Assembly: GCA_045805165.1 (NCBI GenBank)
Contig: JBJMLT010000455.1
Span: 1 to 49,168 of the forward strand
Source: Flavisolibacter sp.
Lineage (GTDB): Bacteria > Bacteroidota > Bacteroidia > Chitinophagales > Chitinophagaceae
Length of the DNA stretch: 49,168 bases
Reading direction: 5' to 3'
Within the stretch, counting starts at the first letter, position 1; every line of letters begins with the position of its first letter. Both the position numbers and the translations under genes were made by a program. Below the pieces are notes generated by a model. It had not been told where the DNA came from. It searched no databases and saw only the letters and a program-made list of their open reading frames with translations. Shown piece after piece: positions 1 through 10,770 of the stretch.

Positions 1-291
1 CCAATGCTTCCGAACTTAAAATAAGTAAAGAAATTGTACAATTGAAATAAAACGAAGAACTCTATATATTATACATGGTAATTATTTTTAAATATTAATC
101 CCTTGTAGCGTTTAAATTTCAAACAATATTACTACTTCATAAATGCACAAATTAGAAGAAAAAAATAAAATCTTCTTCTAAATCTTATATTGGTTTCTGA
201 GATTATTTAAAGATTAATTCAAATATTCCAAATTAATTTATTTAAATTATAATTATAATTATATACAACTTAACTTAAGTAAAACTCTCAT

Positions 292-774
292 TTATCTATG
301 AAGGTATAATGTATCGATATAAGAAGTGGTGTCTTTCCCCAGTCTCGATTGACGTACAACCATATAACTGTTTTTATGATTTGACAATTCATTTTTAGAA
401 ATCGTGAGATATCCAAAATAGCAAGTGGCCCCTAATGCAATTACAAAAAGTATTATTTGAAATTTTGCTGTGAAAGTAACATTGCTACTTGTGATAGTTA
501 AAACTGGTGGAACCTGTACCGCGACACCTGAATTTTTTTTGGATAGGGGATCTAAATTACCAGTTAATGCCATTAATGTAAGGATTCCAAAAATAATTGA
601 TAATAGAAACAGTATCCAAATGAAAATGAGCAAATAGCGGTCAAACGTTTTGATATTTTCAGTAATATCTTTTAAAAATCCTACAGAAAGGGTTAGTATC
701 GCCGTAGCTAACGTGATTAATTGCTTCGTTAAATCCGCAGCAAATTCAAAAGCTTTATTTTGTTCATCTGTCAT
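292..774 (-). CDS. Membrane protein (3 predicted hydrophobic segments), probably translationally coupled to the upstream small gene
   Basis: ORF-track protein with hydrophobic stretches (LITLATAILTLSVGF, LLIFIWILFLLSIIFGILTLMAL, FQIILFVIALGATCYFGYL). ATG at 774 lies 2 nt after the upstream stop and is preferred to the track start at 801. Confidence 0.7.
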   Translation of the reverse strand: MTDEQNKAFEFAADLTKQLITLATAILTLSVGFLKDITENIKTFDRYLLIFIWILFLLSIIFGILTLMALTGNLDPLSKKNSGVAVQVPPVLTITSSNVTFTAKFQIILFVIALGATCYFGYLTISKNELSNHKNSYMVVRQSRLGKDTTSYIDTLYLHR

Positions 775-776
775 AT

Positions 777-1088
777 TTAGCAAAATGGAAATCTTGGACA
801 AAAGTTACCTAAAATATCTTTCCATGTTAGTCTGGTTCCTGTAAAATTAAAATGGGTATAATTGTCTCTTATTTGATAAATTAAATCTCTTAAATTATTT
901 TCTGCTTCTTGCAATATACTGTCCGATTGAAGTTCAAAATCAGTCATATTATTAACTCCAGACCTAATTAAAATTTCTAAGTTTGAAAACATTTCTTCAT
1001 AATCAGATTCACTGATATTTTCAGACTTTAAGATATTTAAAGTTTGCAGTTCATTAAGTAATAGTGAAGTAAATGCAGCTCTGGTCAT
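777..1088 (-). CDS. Small helical protein ending in CPRFPFC (possible histone-fold variant)
   Basis: 103-aa ORF with amphipathic helices and a C-terminal CPxxPFC motif. The fold assignment is tentative. Confidence 0.6.
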   Translation of the reverse strand: MTRAAFTSLLLNELQTLNILKSENISESDYEEMFSNLEILIRSGVNNMTDFELQSDSILQEAENNLRDLIYQIRDNYTHFNFTGTRLTWKDILGNFCPRFPFC

Positions 1089-1208
1089 AAATAATGAAAT
1101 AGAAAATTCGATGTTGAAATTCCATACTCTTGTAATTCTAATGTTAGATTAGGGAGTACGATTTCTCGTTAAGAATCTACTAGGTAGTAAATAGACATGT
1201 AATTAACA

Positions 1209-1224
1209 ACTGTATTTTTACAGT
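1209..1224. promoter_or_regulatory. Palindromic operator candidate ACTGTA-N4-TACAGT
   Basis: Perfect palindrome between the divergent genes at 1088(-) and 1526(+). Related copies at 1432, 3792, 9112 and 9235. Confidence 0.55.
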
Positions 1225-1525
1225 ATTTTTTTATTATCGATTTTAATAAATATAAAATATTTAAAATTTCTAAGTAAAATACTTCACTGTAATGTATCGT
1301 ATTTTGCAAATTTACTAAATATATTAAATGATAAGGTTTATCATAAACATTTAAATAAACCTGGATGCTTCTATAAAACATTCAGACCCAGGTTTTAAAT
1401 AAACCAATTAAAATTTTGTATTTGCCTCCAACTGTATTAATACGAATAATTTATTCAAATAAATTTCTTTGATTTACATGAAAAATTGCTTTTTAGATTA
1501 TCTATTTTATTTCGTTTAACCATTC

Positions 1526-2188
1526 ATGAACCGAAAAATAAAAATATTACTTGCTGAAGACAATGTTCTATTTGCAGATGGCTTCCGCCAACTGATCCTG
1601 TCCAGACGGAAAAAGGATTTTACAGTGGTAGAGACTGTTGCCAAAGAATCTGAATTGCTTCCAAATGTAAAAAAGCTTCAACCTGATCTTGTAGTGATTT
1701 CTCCTACTTTACATCAGGTAAAACTATACAAAGCCATTACTATTATAAAAAGAGTATTCCCTTCCGTACGTATTTTACTTTTTATTGAACCCAAGCAAGA
1801 AACAAGTTTGGCAGATATTGTGCAAGCTGGAGCTCATGGGATGATTTCTAAAAATGCCCCGAAAGATCAAATTTTGCAAGCCCTTTTAGAAGTAGGCAGT
1901 GGATCTTCTCATTTTTCCCCAACAGTGAGTGACAATATTATTCAATGGTTATCCCAATACCCCATTACTAAACGTAAAAATAAAATTAGTTTATTTACAG
2001 ACAAGGAAGTTTGGATTATTCGTCTGGTCTGTCAGCAGTTGAAGACTCGGGAAATTGCAGAAACACTTCACTTATCCATTCGAACTGTAGAGGATTATCG
2101 TTATAAGATTTATAAAAAAATAGGGATTAAAAATACCGCCGGATTGGTTTTCTACGCTTCACAGCATAAACATCTTCTAAAGGAATAA
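1526..2188 (+). CDS. NarL/FixJ-family response regulator (REC + LuxR HTH) with atypical receiver
   Basis: IKILLAEDN N-terminus and LuxR HTH (TREIAETLHLSIRTVEDYRYKIYKK). The phosphoacceptor position reads PDLVVIS rather than ...D. Confidence 0.9.
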   Translation: MNRKIKILLAEDNVLFADGFRQLILSRRKKDFTVVETVAKESELLPNVKKLQPDLVVISPTLHQVKLYKAITIIKRVFPSVRILLFIEPKQETSLADIVQAGAHGMISKNAPKDQILQALLEVGSGSSHFSPTVSDNIIQWLSQYPITKRKNKISLFTDKEVWIIRLVCQQLKTREIAETLHLSIRTVEDYRYKIYKKIGIKNTAGLVFYASQHKHLLKE

Positions 2189-2683
2189 GAATTGATCCTC
2201 TATTAAAAAGCTATGGTAACTTTATTTTAAGAATACATCAAAGAATTGTCATTTGTAGTTACCCAGATGACCCCTATGATAAAAGAGTAAACAGTTCAAT
2301 AATGTGTATTAGCTTTCTTACATTTTAGTTTTACCCTCCCAAATCCACTGAACATAACAATTGAATCCACCTGAGTGGAAAGCTGAAGTCAAAAAATTGC
2401 TCCGATCGTTACAGGAAACGAGAGCGGCATTTGCATGAATGAATGAGAAAAGTTTTAGTTTGGCATACTAACGAAAATATTTTTTAAAATAAAAGTATTA
2501 GAGAATCCATTGGATCAATTATTTGAACATTTAGAAAAACAGAAGACCATAAAATGATTCTTTTTAATACGCACTTTATCCTAAGGTAAATAGTTACCTT
2601 AGCTTTTTAGTAGAAATCCGATATTCGACATTGTAAACAGTTACGATCCTATAAAACTTTATATTCCTATTAAAATTTCTAAT

Positions 2684-3355
2684 ATGTCGAAAACGCAGCA
2701 ATTAAACCAACTTTTTGATAAATGGGAACATCGAATTCCAGAATGCAGAGGACTATTGGTGCGGGACGGAATTATCAATGAAGACATGTGGAATCTAACC
2801 AATCCCAAGATTTTATTTATTGCCAAAGAACCCAATCAATATGGAAATTCCAAAAGCGGCGATTTCAGGTCAGATTGGAATTCAGGAAATTGCAATTATC
2901 CATTTGCTAAAACGATCTCTGAATGTGCGTTCGGTATTCTTGAAGGATTTAAGGTATACACAGAAATCGGGGGTAACAGAAATAGACATCAGGAATATCT
3001 TCAAAAGATTGCGTTTCTCAATATTAAAAAAACTGGCGGGCTATCCCAATGTGATGAGGTCGCTTTATGGAATCATTTGCAACTTCAAGGCCAGGTGGAA
3101 TTGATTCAAAAAGAAATAGAGATCATTAACCCGGAAATTATTGTACTGGGACTTTCTTTTCAAAACCGCATTACAGAATTGATTTTTCCAGGGATCCTGG
3201 AAGAAATGGAGCAATGCGGGTATATGATCGAAGTCGCCAACTATAACAATCGGAAAATAATTGATTTTTATCACCCCAGTTCCAGAAATACAGGACCAGC
3301 TACTTATTCATTATTACAGAATGTGATGCATTCAGAAGTTTACCAGTCCTTGTAG
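2684..3355 (+). CDS. Hypothetical protein, possibly uracil-DNA glycosylase-like fold
   Basis: Motifs KILFIAKEP, IAFLNIKK, EIEIINPEIIVLG and IIDFYHPS resemble UDG-superfamily proteins. Confidence 0.55.
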   Translation: MSKTQQLNQLFDKWEHRIPECRGLLVRDGIINEDMWNLTNPKILFIAKEPNQYGNSKSGDFRSDWNSGNCNYPFAKTISECAFGILEGFKVYTEIGGNRNRHQEYLQKIAFLNIKKTGGLSQCDEVALWNHLQLQGQVELIQKEIEIINPEIIVLGLSFQNRITELIFPGILEEMEQCGYMIEVANYNNRKIIDFYHPSSRNTGPATYSLLQNVMHSEVYQSL

Positions 3356-3791
3356 AAATTCTGAAACTGCAAACAACGATCCACGAGACTTAAAATCAAT
3401 CAACATTCAATATAATACCTATTTGCATCTTGAAATTAATCGCATACTAGTTTTCGCATTCAGATGATGCAGTTTCAAATACTCCACCATGACCAATTGT
3501 AACTAAGCTGGAAAATAAAGTGAAAACTGAATAATAGGAATATTTGACTCTATACAATTTTCTTACTATAAAACATCAATATTGGCAAAAAAGAAATAAT
3601 ATAGAATGTTCTTCAATGAATCTTCTTTGAATATAAAATATTAGTTTTTAACTATCATTGAGGCCTTGAACGATCTCCAGTTGGAAACGCTTGAATATTT
3701 AAAAATGGGTATCGGTCTATTTACACAATAACATCGCTTTATGCAACTGGATAAACTATAGTTTATGATCTGTATAAATTTTATATCATTC

Positions 3792-3805
3792 CTGTATAAA
3801 TACAG
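3792..3805. promoter_or_regulatory. CTGTA-N4-TACAG operator candidate
   Basis: CTGTATAAATACAG, about 120 nt upstream of the 3927 operon. Confidence 0.5.
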
Positions 3806-3926
3806 TACCTGCAATTCAATGATTTTGCTTTAATTCGTAGTGGCTTTCTTTTGCCTGAATAAGTATTTGATCCTTTTGAAACACTTGGCTCTATGAGGAT
3901 ACTCTTCTCATCAAAACTTACTTATT

Positions 3927-4904
3927 ATGAAATGCCTACTTATTTTTCTTTTCAGCGCACTTTTTTCTATTTATTGTGATGCCCAGATTACGATTGAACT
4001 TCGTAAGTCATTTATCGATTCCTTTAGAAATAAAATCACGATCGAAACCGATTATCAGATCTTTTATGCCCATAAGTCTCCAAACCCTGGCTCCAAAGAT
4101 GGCGACCTGCACTTTGCTGGCTACTCTTCCACCATAGGACTATCCATGGTAGCGGAGATCATGAATGCCAAAGACCAAAAAAAAGGTGTTCAACTGGTGC
4201 ATCAAAAAGAAGGTAAAGGAGAACCCTCTGAAATGATCCATCTGCGGGGAGTTTGGCGCATCTGGTGCGAGCATCCTGGGGAAACTCAAGGGTTTTTGCA
4301 AGGAGCCAATGACATATCCATCGAAAATACCAACCCTCCACACGTATTTGAGATTCATCCGGTTCTACAACTCGATGATATCGATGTGTCTTCTTCCCTG
4401 AAAGGCATTACAGGCTTTAGTTATAAAGACGCCCAGGATGCCTTCAACCGCTATTCCAATATACGGTGCCTACTGATAGATCACGATCCCTTTGTCCGGA
4501 TTGAAACAAACGGTATTGGCTATAACTATGTAGATTTCTGGCTCCAGCCCAATTCCCTTCAATTTGAACAGGTTGATGATGGCCTCTTTGCTTTTTGTAC
4601 GATTTATGATTCTAAGTTTGTCCCTGCCAATGGAGATGAAGATAACCTGATCTTACACAAGTTGCGGGTAGCTTTTGTTAGGGACAGTCCCGCCTACAAT
4701 AAATTAATCTCACTTAAAAAAGGTCAATACTTGCATGTAGTAGGGATTCCAAGAATTGACCTGAACCTGGTGAGGTGGCGCATGGATCATGCACATGACC
4801 GCCCTGAGGTTCTACAATGGAATCTTCCGATCGAAATGGTAGCCGTTGCCATTTTATCAAATAGTACTACAAATACTAACAGCCATGCGCATTCGAATAA
4901 TTAG
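3927..4904 (+). CDS. Secreted hypothetical protein with DGDLH and FEIHPV motifs
   Basis: N-terminal signal peptide (MKCLLIFLFSALFSIYCDA) on a 325-aa ORF. Confidence 0.75.
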   Translation: MKCLLIFLFSALFSIYCDAQITIELRKSFIDSFRNKITIETDYQIFYAHKSPNPGSKDGDLHFAGYSSTIGLSMVAEIMNAKDQKKGVQLVHQKEGKGEPSEMIHLRGVWRIWCEHPGETQGFLQGANDISIENTNPPHVFEIHPVLQLDDIDVSSSLKGITGFSYKDAQDAFNRYSNIRCLLIDHDPFVRIETNGIGYNYVDFWLQPNSLQFEQVDDGLFAFCTIYDSKFVPANGDEDNLILHKLRVAFVRDSPAYNKLISLKKGQYLHVVGIPRIDLNLVRWRMDHAHDRPEVLQWNLPIEMVAVAILSNSTTNTNSHAHSNN

Positions 4905-5490
4905 ATGCATAAATATTACATTTTTGATGCTTTGGGGATGTTCTCCCAATGTTATACTATTTCATGTTACACCCCAAGGAGTGGCGATGGGGGATACTGT
5001 GAAAGTAAACTGGTTAGTGAATGGAACACCATCCATGAAAATCGATGAACGCATGATTGCAACCGGTCTTGGAGACAGTATACGTACTCTTGAGATCACT
5101 TTATACGCTCATAAAAACAATAAAGATTCATCTCGGACTAAACAAATCTATTTTTTTACTGATGGATCAATAGAGCCTATTGCCTTCGAAACCGAGTTTA
5201 AATCCGATACTGCCATTGCTTCCGGCATTAAGGATAGCACCGACCAAATGAAAAATTTTGAAATTGGTGAAATTTCCAGTGATCTGGGTCGTAGGATCTT
5301 GGTTCGCCATCAGGGCCGAACAGTGCTACTGGACAGTGCTGGTACTTATTCTAATGAATTATCTCATACTTCGATTACAGGCAGATGGGAACTGAGCTCA
5401 CATTTGAATGCAAAGGACACAGTTTCCAATTATGAGAACGCACCGAATATTTTACAACTCCACGCCAGGATTTATATTAAAAAACAATGA
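4885..5490 (+). CDS. Putative lipoprotein
   Basis: In-frame ATG at 4885 gives MRIRIIRCINITFLMLWGC, a lipobox-like sequence. It overlaps the upstream gene end. Confidence 0.65.
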   Translation: MRIRIIRCINITFLMLWGCSPNVILFHVTPQGVAMGDTVKVNWLVNGTPSMKIDERMIATGLGDSIRTLEITLYAHKNNKDSSRTKQIYFFTDGSIEPIAFETEFKSDTAIASGIKDSTDQMKNFEIGEISSDLGRRILVRHQGRTVLLDSAGTYSNELSHTSITGRWELSSHLNAKDTVSNYENAPNILQLHARIYIKKQ

Positions 5491-5493
5491 ACT

Positions 5494-6858
5494 ATGGCTG
5501 TAGATACCAATCAAATAAAAACAGTAATCCTGGTCATGATGGAAAATCGTTCCTTTGATCACCTGCTCGGTCACTTAAGCCTTACTGTACCAGCCTTTCC
5601 CGTGAATGGATTGAAGGCACCCGTTATCCAATACAATAATATTTATAACGGAACCCCTTATCCGCCTTTTTCGCTACCTAATGATGATTACCTCACTACC
5701 GATGTTCCTCATGAGTATAATTTTGTTGCGACCCAACTGGATGCACAGCCTCAAACAGGCCGTTTTCGTATGCGTGGTTTTGTAAAAGCCTATGCTGATG
5801 CTATAGGTGAACCACCGAACCTTCAATGTGATCCTATGAAATATTTTACTGCACGTCAGGTTCCCATGAGCCATTTCTTAGCGACCCGATTTTGCACCTG
5901 CGACCGGTGGTTTTCTCCCTTACCTACCAGTACACAACCCAATCGAACAATCGCATTTTGCGGAGATAGCCCAATATACCGCACAGAAACAAAACTGATC
6001 GATGTAGAGCAAAGCATTTTTAAGTGGATGGAACAGCAAGGAATATCCTGGAGAGTATACCATGAAGCTTTTTCTTTTTTTACCCTTTATCCATCAATGT
6101 GGAAATATGTACTATCGAAAAATTTTAAGCGCTTCCCTTATTTTATGGCTGACATGCAAAGAGAAGTAGTTGCTAATACTCCACAAGTAATCATTGTTGA
6201 ACCCTGCTATCAGGATGCTCCCCATTTTACTTCAATTCATGCCAATGATAACCACGCTCCCCTCTCTATTAACTGGGGAGAGCAATTTCTGAGAAATGTT
6301 TATCTCGGTGCTACTGTCAATCCTGAAAAGTGGGCACATACTGTAATGGTTATTTATTATGATGAGCATGGTGGTTTTTATGATCATGAACCCCCACCTA
6401 AAATTCCATATTCAGTAAATGGAAATGATCCCCATGAATTTAATAGCATGGGCCCGCGCATTCCTGGAATCATTGTCTCTCCTTTTGTTTCCCCAGGAAA
6501 ACCTTATTCAGGTTTATTGGATCATACATCAGTGCTGCAATTTCTAGCGGAAGTGTTTAAAAAAGACCCGATTTCTAAAACAGTTACGAATAGAAAAAAA
6601 TTAAATGTTACCAGTATTCTGGAGGCTCTTCAAGAAGTTGGACCTTTAATAGTTCCTCCTATACCTCCTTCCATTCCTCTTCCTGCCATGACCAGTCTTG
6701 GAGCAAGCATGGTCAAACAACCCGATTCAGCGATGATGATCAGCTTTGAAGAAGCCGGTAACCAAATCATGGCAATGGAACCGGATAAGGTGTATGAATG
6801 TTATCCTGAACTTTATAACTGGAAAGTTTCTACGGAAAAATTAAGACCCCTGCAGTAG
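5494..6858 (+). CDS. Phosphoesterase / phospholipase C family (alkaline phosphatase superfamily)
   Basis: IKTVILVMMENRSFDHLLG, TQPNR, YYDEHGGFYDH, GPRIPGIIVSP and DHTSVL motifs. No obvious signal peptide. Confidence 0.9.
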   Translation: MAVDTNQIKTVILVMMENRSFDHLLGHLSLTVPAFPVNGLKAPVIQYNNIYNGTPYPPFSLPNDDYLTTDVPHEYNFVATQLDAQPQTGRFRMRGFVKAYADAIGEPPNLQCDPMKYFTARQVPMSHFLATRFCTCDRWFSPLPTSTQPNRTIAFCGDSPIYRTETKLIDVEQSIFKWMEQQGISWRVYHEAFSFFTLYPSMWKYVLSKNFKRFPYFMADMQREVVANTPQVIIVEPCYQDAPHFTSIHANDNHAPLSINWGEQFLRNVYLGATVNPEKWAHTVMVIYYDEHGGFYDHEPPPKIPYSVNGNDPHEFNSMGPRIPGIIVSPFVSPGKPYSGLLDHTSVLQFLAEVFKKDPISKTVTNRKKLNVTSILEALQEVGPLIVPPIPPSIPLPAMTSLGASMVKQPDSAMMISFEEAGNQIMAMEPDKVYECYPELYNWKVSTEKLRPLQ

Positions 6859-6917
6859 TCATATAATTTACTTTCTCTTATAAGAATGATTTATAAACTA
6901 AAAACTCTTTCTAATAG

Positions 6918-8138
6918 TTATCCTAAAGTGTCTGTTTTTTTCAAAGATATTTGAACCTTCATATCCGAATCAGTCACATTCACTGATAGCTCTCCTGCCA
7001 GATTTACTACATCCGTACCTAGTTTTTTAGTGCACAGAGCTTTGACCTTGTATTTACCAACCGCTAATTCGCCAACATTAAATAAGCCTGTCTGGTCCTG
7101 GTCTGATTTTGTCGCAGAGATGGTTTCTTCCTTTTCATTGATCAGTACTACTGTTGCATCGTCCAATCCCAGATCTGCAATTTCAGTTTGCATGGGAACG
7201 GCAATAGTGGTGTTATCCAGGTCCAGTTGAATGGAAAAATTTTTAACAGTTGAGGATCCTGAAGGCTGAGTCGGAGGTAAGTTAGCCATACCGCTATTGG
7301 GTAATATTATTTCTTTTAACCTGTCTAAAAAAGCGATAAGCCGGCTGCTGAAAAATCCACCTATAAAAGCAAATACGATGACTCCCTTACTAGAATTAAT
7401 ATCTACCACATTTTGGCCATTAAAAAAATTATATCCCAGTACAATCACTAAAACACAAAGGGGAGCATAGAGCATTTTCGCTACCTGGTGGGGAATTTCA
7501 GTTGGATCAAAACGAGTATGGGGATCATTGGGATCTGTAGTACTACTTCTAGACACAATTCCAAGGCTAAATAATAAGGAACTCAATACACCAAAAATAG
7601 CCCAGAAGATAATTTCAACATAAACAGCTGGACCCGTAAGCCAGAAATAGGATTCCACCTGCAATCGAACACTTGCTAAAAAATTGGTGGCTTCAAAAGA
7701 GGTAGACCGGATTAGATAATCCTGAATCAGGACCAGCTGCGTCGTATCAATTTTATTGTTGAATTCATTTTTTAAAAAAGCAATTGTTTTATGTGCGGAA
7801 AGGGCATCACCATTGTTTTTTTTGACTTCAGCTTTAATATTAATACCATTACTATCGGAAGAAAGCTGATCTTTTTTTTCGCCGGTCGTATCAAAATATA
7901 TACGGTTGATTTGTTGTAGTTGCAGGTTATCCAGGCGTGCATATTCAAAACCTGGTTTGGGTTTGAACCAATTTTTTTTGGAGGCCGTTTCCCCATTGAC
8001 AATAGCATGTGAAATTATATACAAAGCCCCAATGACCAGGAGATTGATCACCAAAAGACGAAACCATTGATAGTCTTTATAAGTTTTAAAATCCCATACA
8101 CTGGTTTTTTCAGTATCGGTAAAACCTTGATTTGACAT
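6918..8138 (-). CDS. Multi-pass membrane protein with C-terminal beta-rich domain
   Basis: 406-aa ORF with about 4 hydrophobic segments, directly downstream of the amidase. Confidence 0.7.
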   Translation of the reverse strand: MSNQGFTDTEKTSVWDFKTYKDYQWFRLLVINLLVIGALYIISHAIVNGETASKKNWFKPKPGFEYARLDNLQLQQINRIYFDTTGEKKDQLSSDSNGINIKAEVKKNNGDALSAHKTIAFLKNEFNNKIDTTQLVLIQDYLIRSTSFEATNFLASVRLQVESYFWLTGPAVYVEIIFWAIFGVLSSLLFSLGIVSRSSTTDPNDPHTRFDPTEIPHQVAKMLYAPLCVLVIVLGYNFFNGQNVVDINSSKGVIVFAFIGGFFSSRLIAFLDRLKEIILPNSGMANLPPTQPSGSSTVKNFSIQLDLDNTTIAVPMQTEIADLGLDDATVVLINEKEETISATKSDQDQTGLFNVGELAVGKYKVKALCTKKLGTDVVNLAGELSVNVTDSDMKVQISLKKTDTLG

Positions 8139-8153
8139 ATAAATTATTTCGAA

Positions 8154-9008
8154 TTAAGAAAGATTGATTAAATAAATTAAGCTCACCCATTGTTCCGGGT
8201 TTTGATTGACCTTAGCCCACCCGTCCTGAACATCCCATACCTGGACAACATTTCCCAGATATAAGGATCCTATAGCTAGAAACGAAGTACCTTTTCCTGT
8301 GCGGATAAAAAGTTTATTGACCGTTACTTTCATGGAATAGGAAGGATGATTGTGATCCGCTTTTTTTAATTCTTCCATAGCTACTAAGATTTTTGGGTAA
8401 AAATTTTCCTGGGCTGCTGTAATGGTATCACCTGCGTATGAAGCTCCTTCAGTAGGAAAAAAATTTGTACCCGGACAGGTTTTCTGGAGTTGTTGCTGCA
8501 ATACTTTACCGGAATTAATATCATCATCCGAAAAACGCTTTCCCTTTATATCAAACCAATGGTGGTATACTACTTGTTTATCGTTTGGAATTAAGCCAAA
8601 CTTCAGGCACAATAGTGCATTTAACTTAATAATTAGTTTATTTTGTTCATCTGTCATCACATCTTTATCCTTATCAAAATTGCCAAGGTTCTCGATGCAA
8701 ATAGCTCCTGTATTGGCTCCATAAATACCAGCAGGTGTAATATCCATGGCACGGCAAAGTCCAATCAATCCATTGGGGAAGGTGGTGAGGTTTTGACCTA
8801 TATCGTTCCAACCCCTAGCCTGTATATGATCCCTTCTCATATTTTCAAGGAGCATCATAGGTGTGGTACCGGGCCGGTTGTATTCTTTATAATCCGGGAG
8901 CCAGGTATGATGATTCTGTAGGAACTGGATCTTGCGTGAAAAATTCGTGGCCCAGATATATTGCGCAAAACCATCAAAATCATAAATCTGAAAGGTGCTG
9001 GTTGGCAT
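8154..9008 (-). CDS. N-acetylmuramoyl-L-alanine amidase (Amidase_2-like) with C-terminal SH3b domain
   Basis: QNHHTW, RGWNDIGQN, ICIENLGNFD, YHHWF and KTCPG motifs, plus an SH3b-like tail (LFIRTGKGTSF...GWAKV...WVS). Start at ATG 9008 preferred. Confidence 0.85.
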   Translation of the reverse strand: MPTSTFQIYDFDGFAQYIWATNFSRKIQFLQNHHTWLPDYKEYNRPGTTPMMLLENMRRDHIQARGWNDIGQNLTTFPNGLIGLCRAMDITPAGIYGANTGAICIENLGNFDKDKDVMTDEQNKLIIKLNALLCLKFGLIPNDKQVVYHHWFDIKGKRFSDDDINSGKVLQQQLQKTCPGTNFFPTEGASYAGDTITAAQENFYPKILVAMEELKKADHNHPSYSMKVTVNKLFIRTGKGTSFLAIGSLYLGNVVQVWDVQDGWAKVNQNPEQWVSLIYLINLS

Positions 9009-9111
9009 AATCAAATCTTTTTTACTGGATATCTCGAGAATTTGGATGGACTTGTTATCAGAGGGAAAGAAGAAGAAGTACATAGTTAAAACATTCGCCT
9101 AATAAATACAA

Positions 9112-9248
9112 CTGTATTTCTACTGCATTCTTATAGAAGAATGAAAAGCATAGATTTTGACAGTTGTATGCTTCTGTTGACATTTCCCTAATCACTCAAG
9201 GGAACAGGGATTGAGAAAAATTGAAGCAAAGGCACTGTATTTCTACAA
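9112..9248. promoter_or_regulatory. Two CTGTA-TTTC-TAC operator candidates
   Basis: CTGTATTTCTACTG (9112-9125) and CTGTATTTCTACAA (9235-9248), upstream of the amidase operon. Confidence 0.45.
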
Positions 9249-9822
9249 GTAAAATATCTTTCTATTCTGACTAACTTGAAAAGTTTTTCAATTTTTTCTA
9301 ATATACCGATTCACTCTTCATTATAATATACATTGACAACTTTTAAAGTCGTTTTAAGTTTATTAGTTATGTTTTCTTTAAAGAAGTAAGTCTTTTGTCT
9401 CAAAACCGCAATCAGTTGACTCCAGCACATACAAGGCAATAACCATCATTTCAGAAAAAAATGTCATTATTGATCTAATGACAACTCATTAAAAGTCTAG
9501 AAAAATAAAGGAAATAATTTCAGAAGATAATGAGCCCTTTCAAAATCGGATTCATTATATGAGATTGCACCTGGTAAATCTCAGGAATAAAATCAACTTA
9601 CTCGCTAATAAGTCATCAGGAGACTGATGAATACTACCTTATCCAAGATTAAATACTGTGGATGGAAAATAATGGGAATTCGTGATAAAAACGTCCTTAT
9701 TAGGGTATATAAATTGCTTATAAAATTATTAACAGAATTAATTCAAATTTTCTTTATTTTCAAATTATTCAGAACTTCTATTCCCCCGCCGTATTTTCAA
9801 TTACTAATTAACTATCTAAATC

Positions 9823-10029
9823 ATGGGGAAAATTCAATTAAACGAAATTGAAATAAAAATTATTAAATTGATTTGCAGGCAATTTACTGCAAAGGAAATC
9901 GCAGAAAAACTAGGGTATAGCTTCCGCACAGTTGAAGATTACAGAAATAAAATTGAAAAGAAAATTGCCGCAAGAAACGTTGTTGGCATCGCCCTATACG
10001 CGATTAAACATGGGATCTATAAATTATAA
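9823..10029 (+). CDS. Stand-alone LuxR C-terminal HTH regulator
   Basis: AKEIAEKLGYSFRTVEDYRNKIEKK is very similar to the HTH of 1526..2188. Confidence 0.85.
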   Translation: MGKIQLNEIEIKIIKLICRQFTAKEIAEKLGYSFRTVEDYRNKIEKKIAARNVVGIALYAIKHGIYKL

Positions 10030-10770
10030 TAAAATAGGGCATTAATGGACTTACCTGTCTCTTTCGTTCTTTTCTATTTACTTAATAGCAGTTACCTCAT
10101 CATTTTTATTATTTTAAAAGCCGGTAAAAAAGTCAAGTAGTTGGAGAATTGGAAAACAGATAAAGGTTAAATATATTTAAATGACGGATGAAAAGCTTAA
10201 TTAGAATCTTATAAAGAAGCTTAAATAACTTCCCTTTTTTTTTGCCTATTAATTCAATATACCTTAATCTTCCTTCGCTATTCTTAACAGTTTTTTCAAA
10301 GCGTTCCTTATACTTAATTCTCTTGAATTAGAATGTGATGCATTCGTCGAAATAAAATAGTAAATGCTAAGATTATATTATAATAGGTACCATAAATATT
10401 ACATTTTAAATCGATCCAAAATCCTTCTATTGAGTTTGTTTGGTTAGTGCCAACTACATACTCTTCAATTTTGTGCCGATAACATTGCGTCCTTATATAA
10501 TGCCAGCATTTTAAAGATTTAAAAACTTAGAACCTTTGATATTTTCACCATTGCCTATAAATAATAACCAGGTGTGAAAACACCCGGCCAACATGAGAAT
10601 ACAGATTGAATTATCACTTTGCAAGACTTAACAGGCGTACCGCATTCTATCCGTCAGCTTAACTAACACTTTTAAAAAAGCAAAAGGTATTTGTCAAACT
10701 CTAAAATATTTATATCCTTGAAAAAATAAGAACCGGTAAGCCGGCTTTTCTATTATGGTTTTGTATCATC

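Noticed and set aside
9627-9851. 74-aa ORF upstream of the LuxR gene, and similarly 1169..1381
   Set aside because: AT-rich intergenic or promoter sequence with no coding features.
10560-10690. Possible minus-strand ncRNA ending at the CCAGGTGTGAAAACACCCGG hairpin
   Set aside because: The promoter match is imperfect and the U-tract is weak; support is insufficient.
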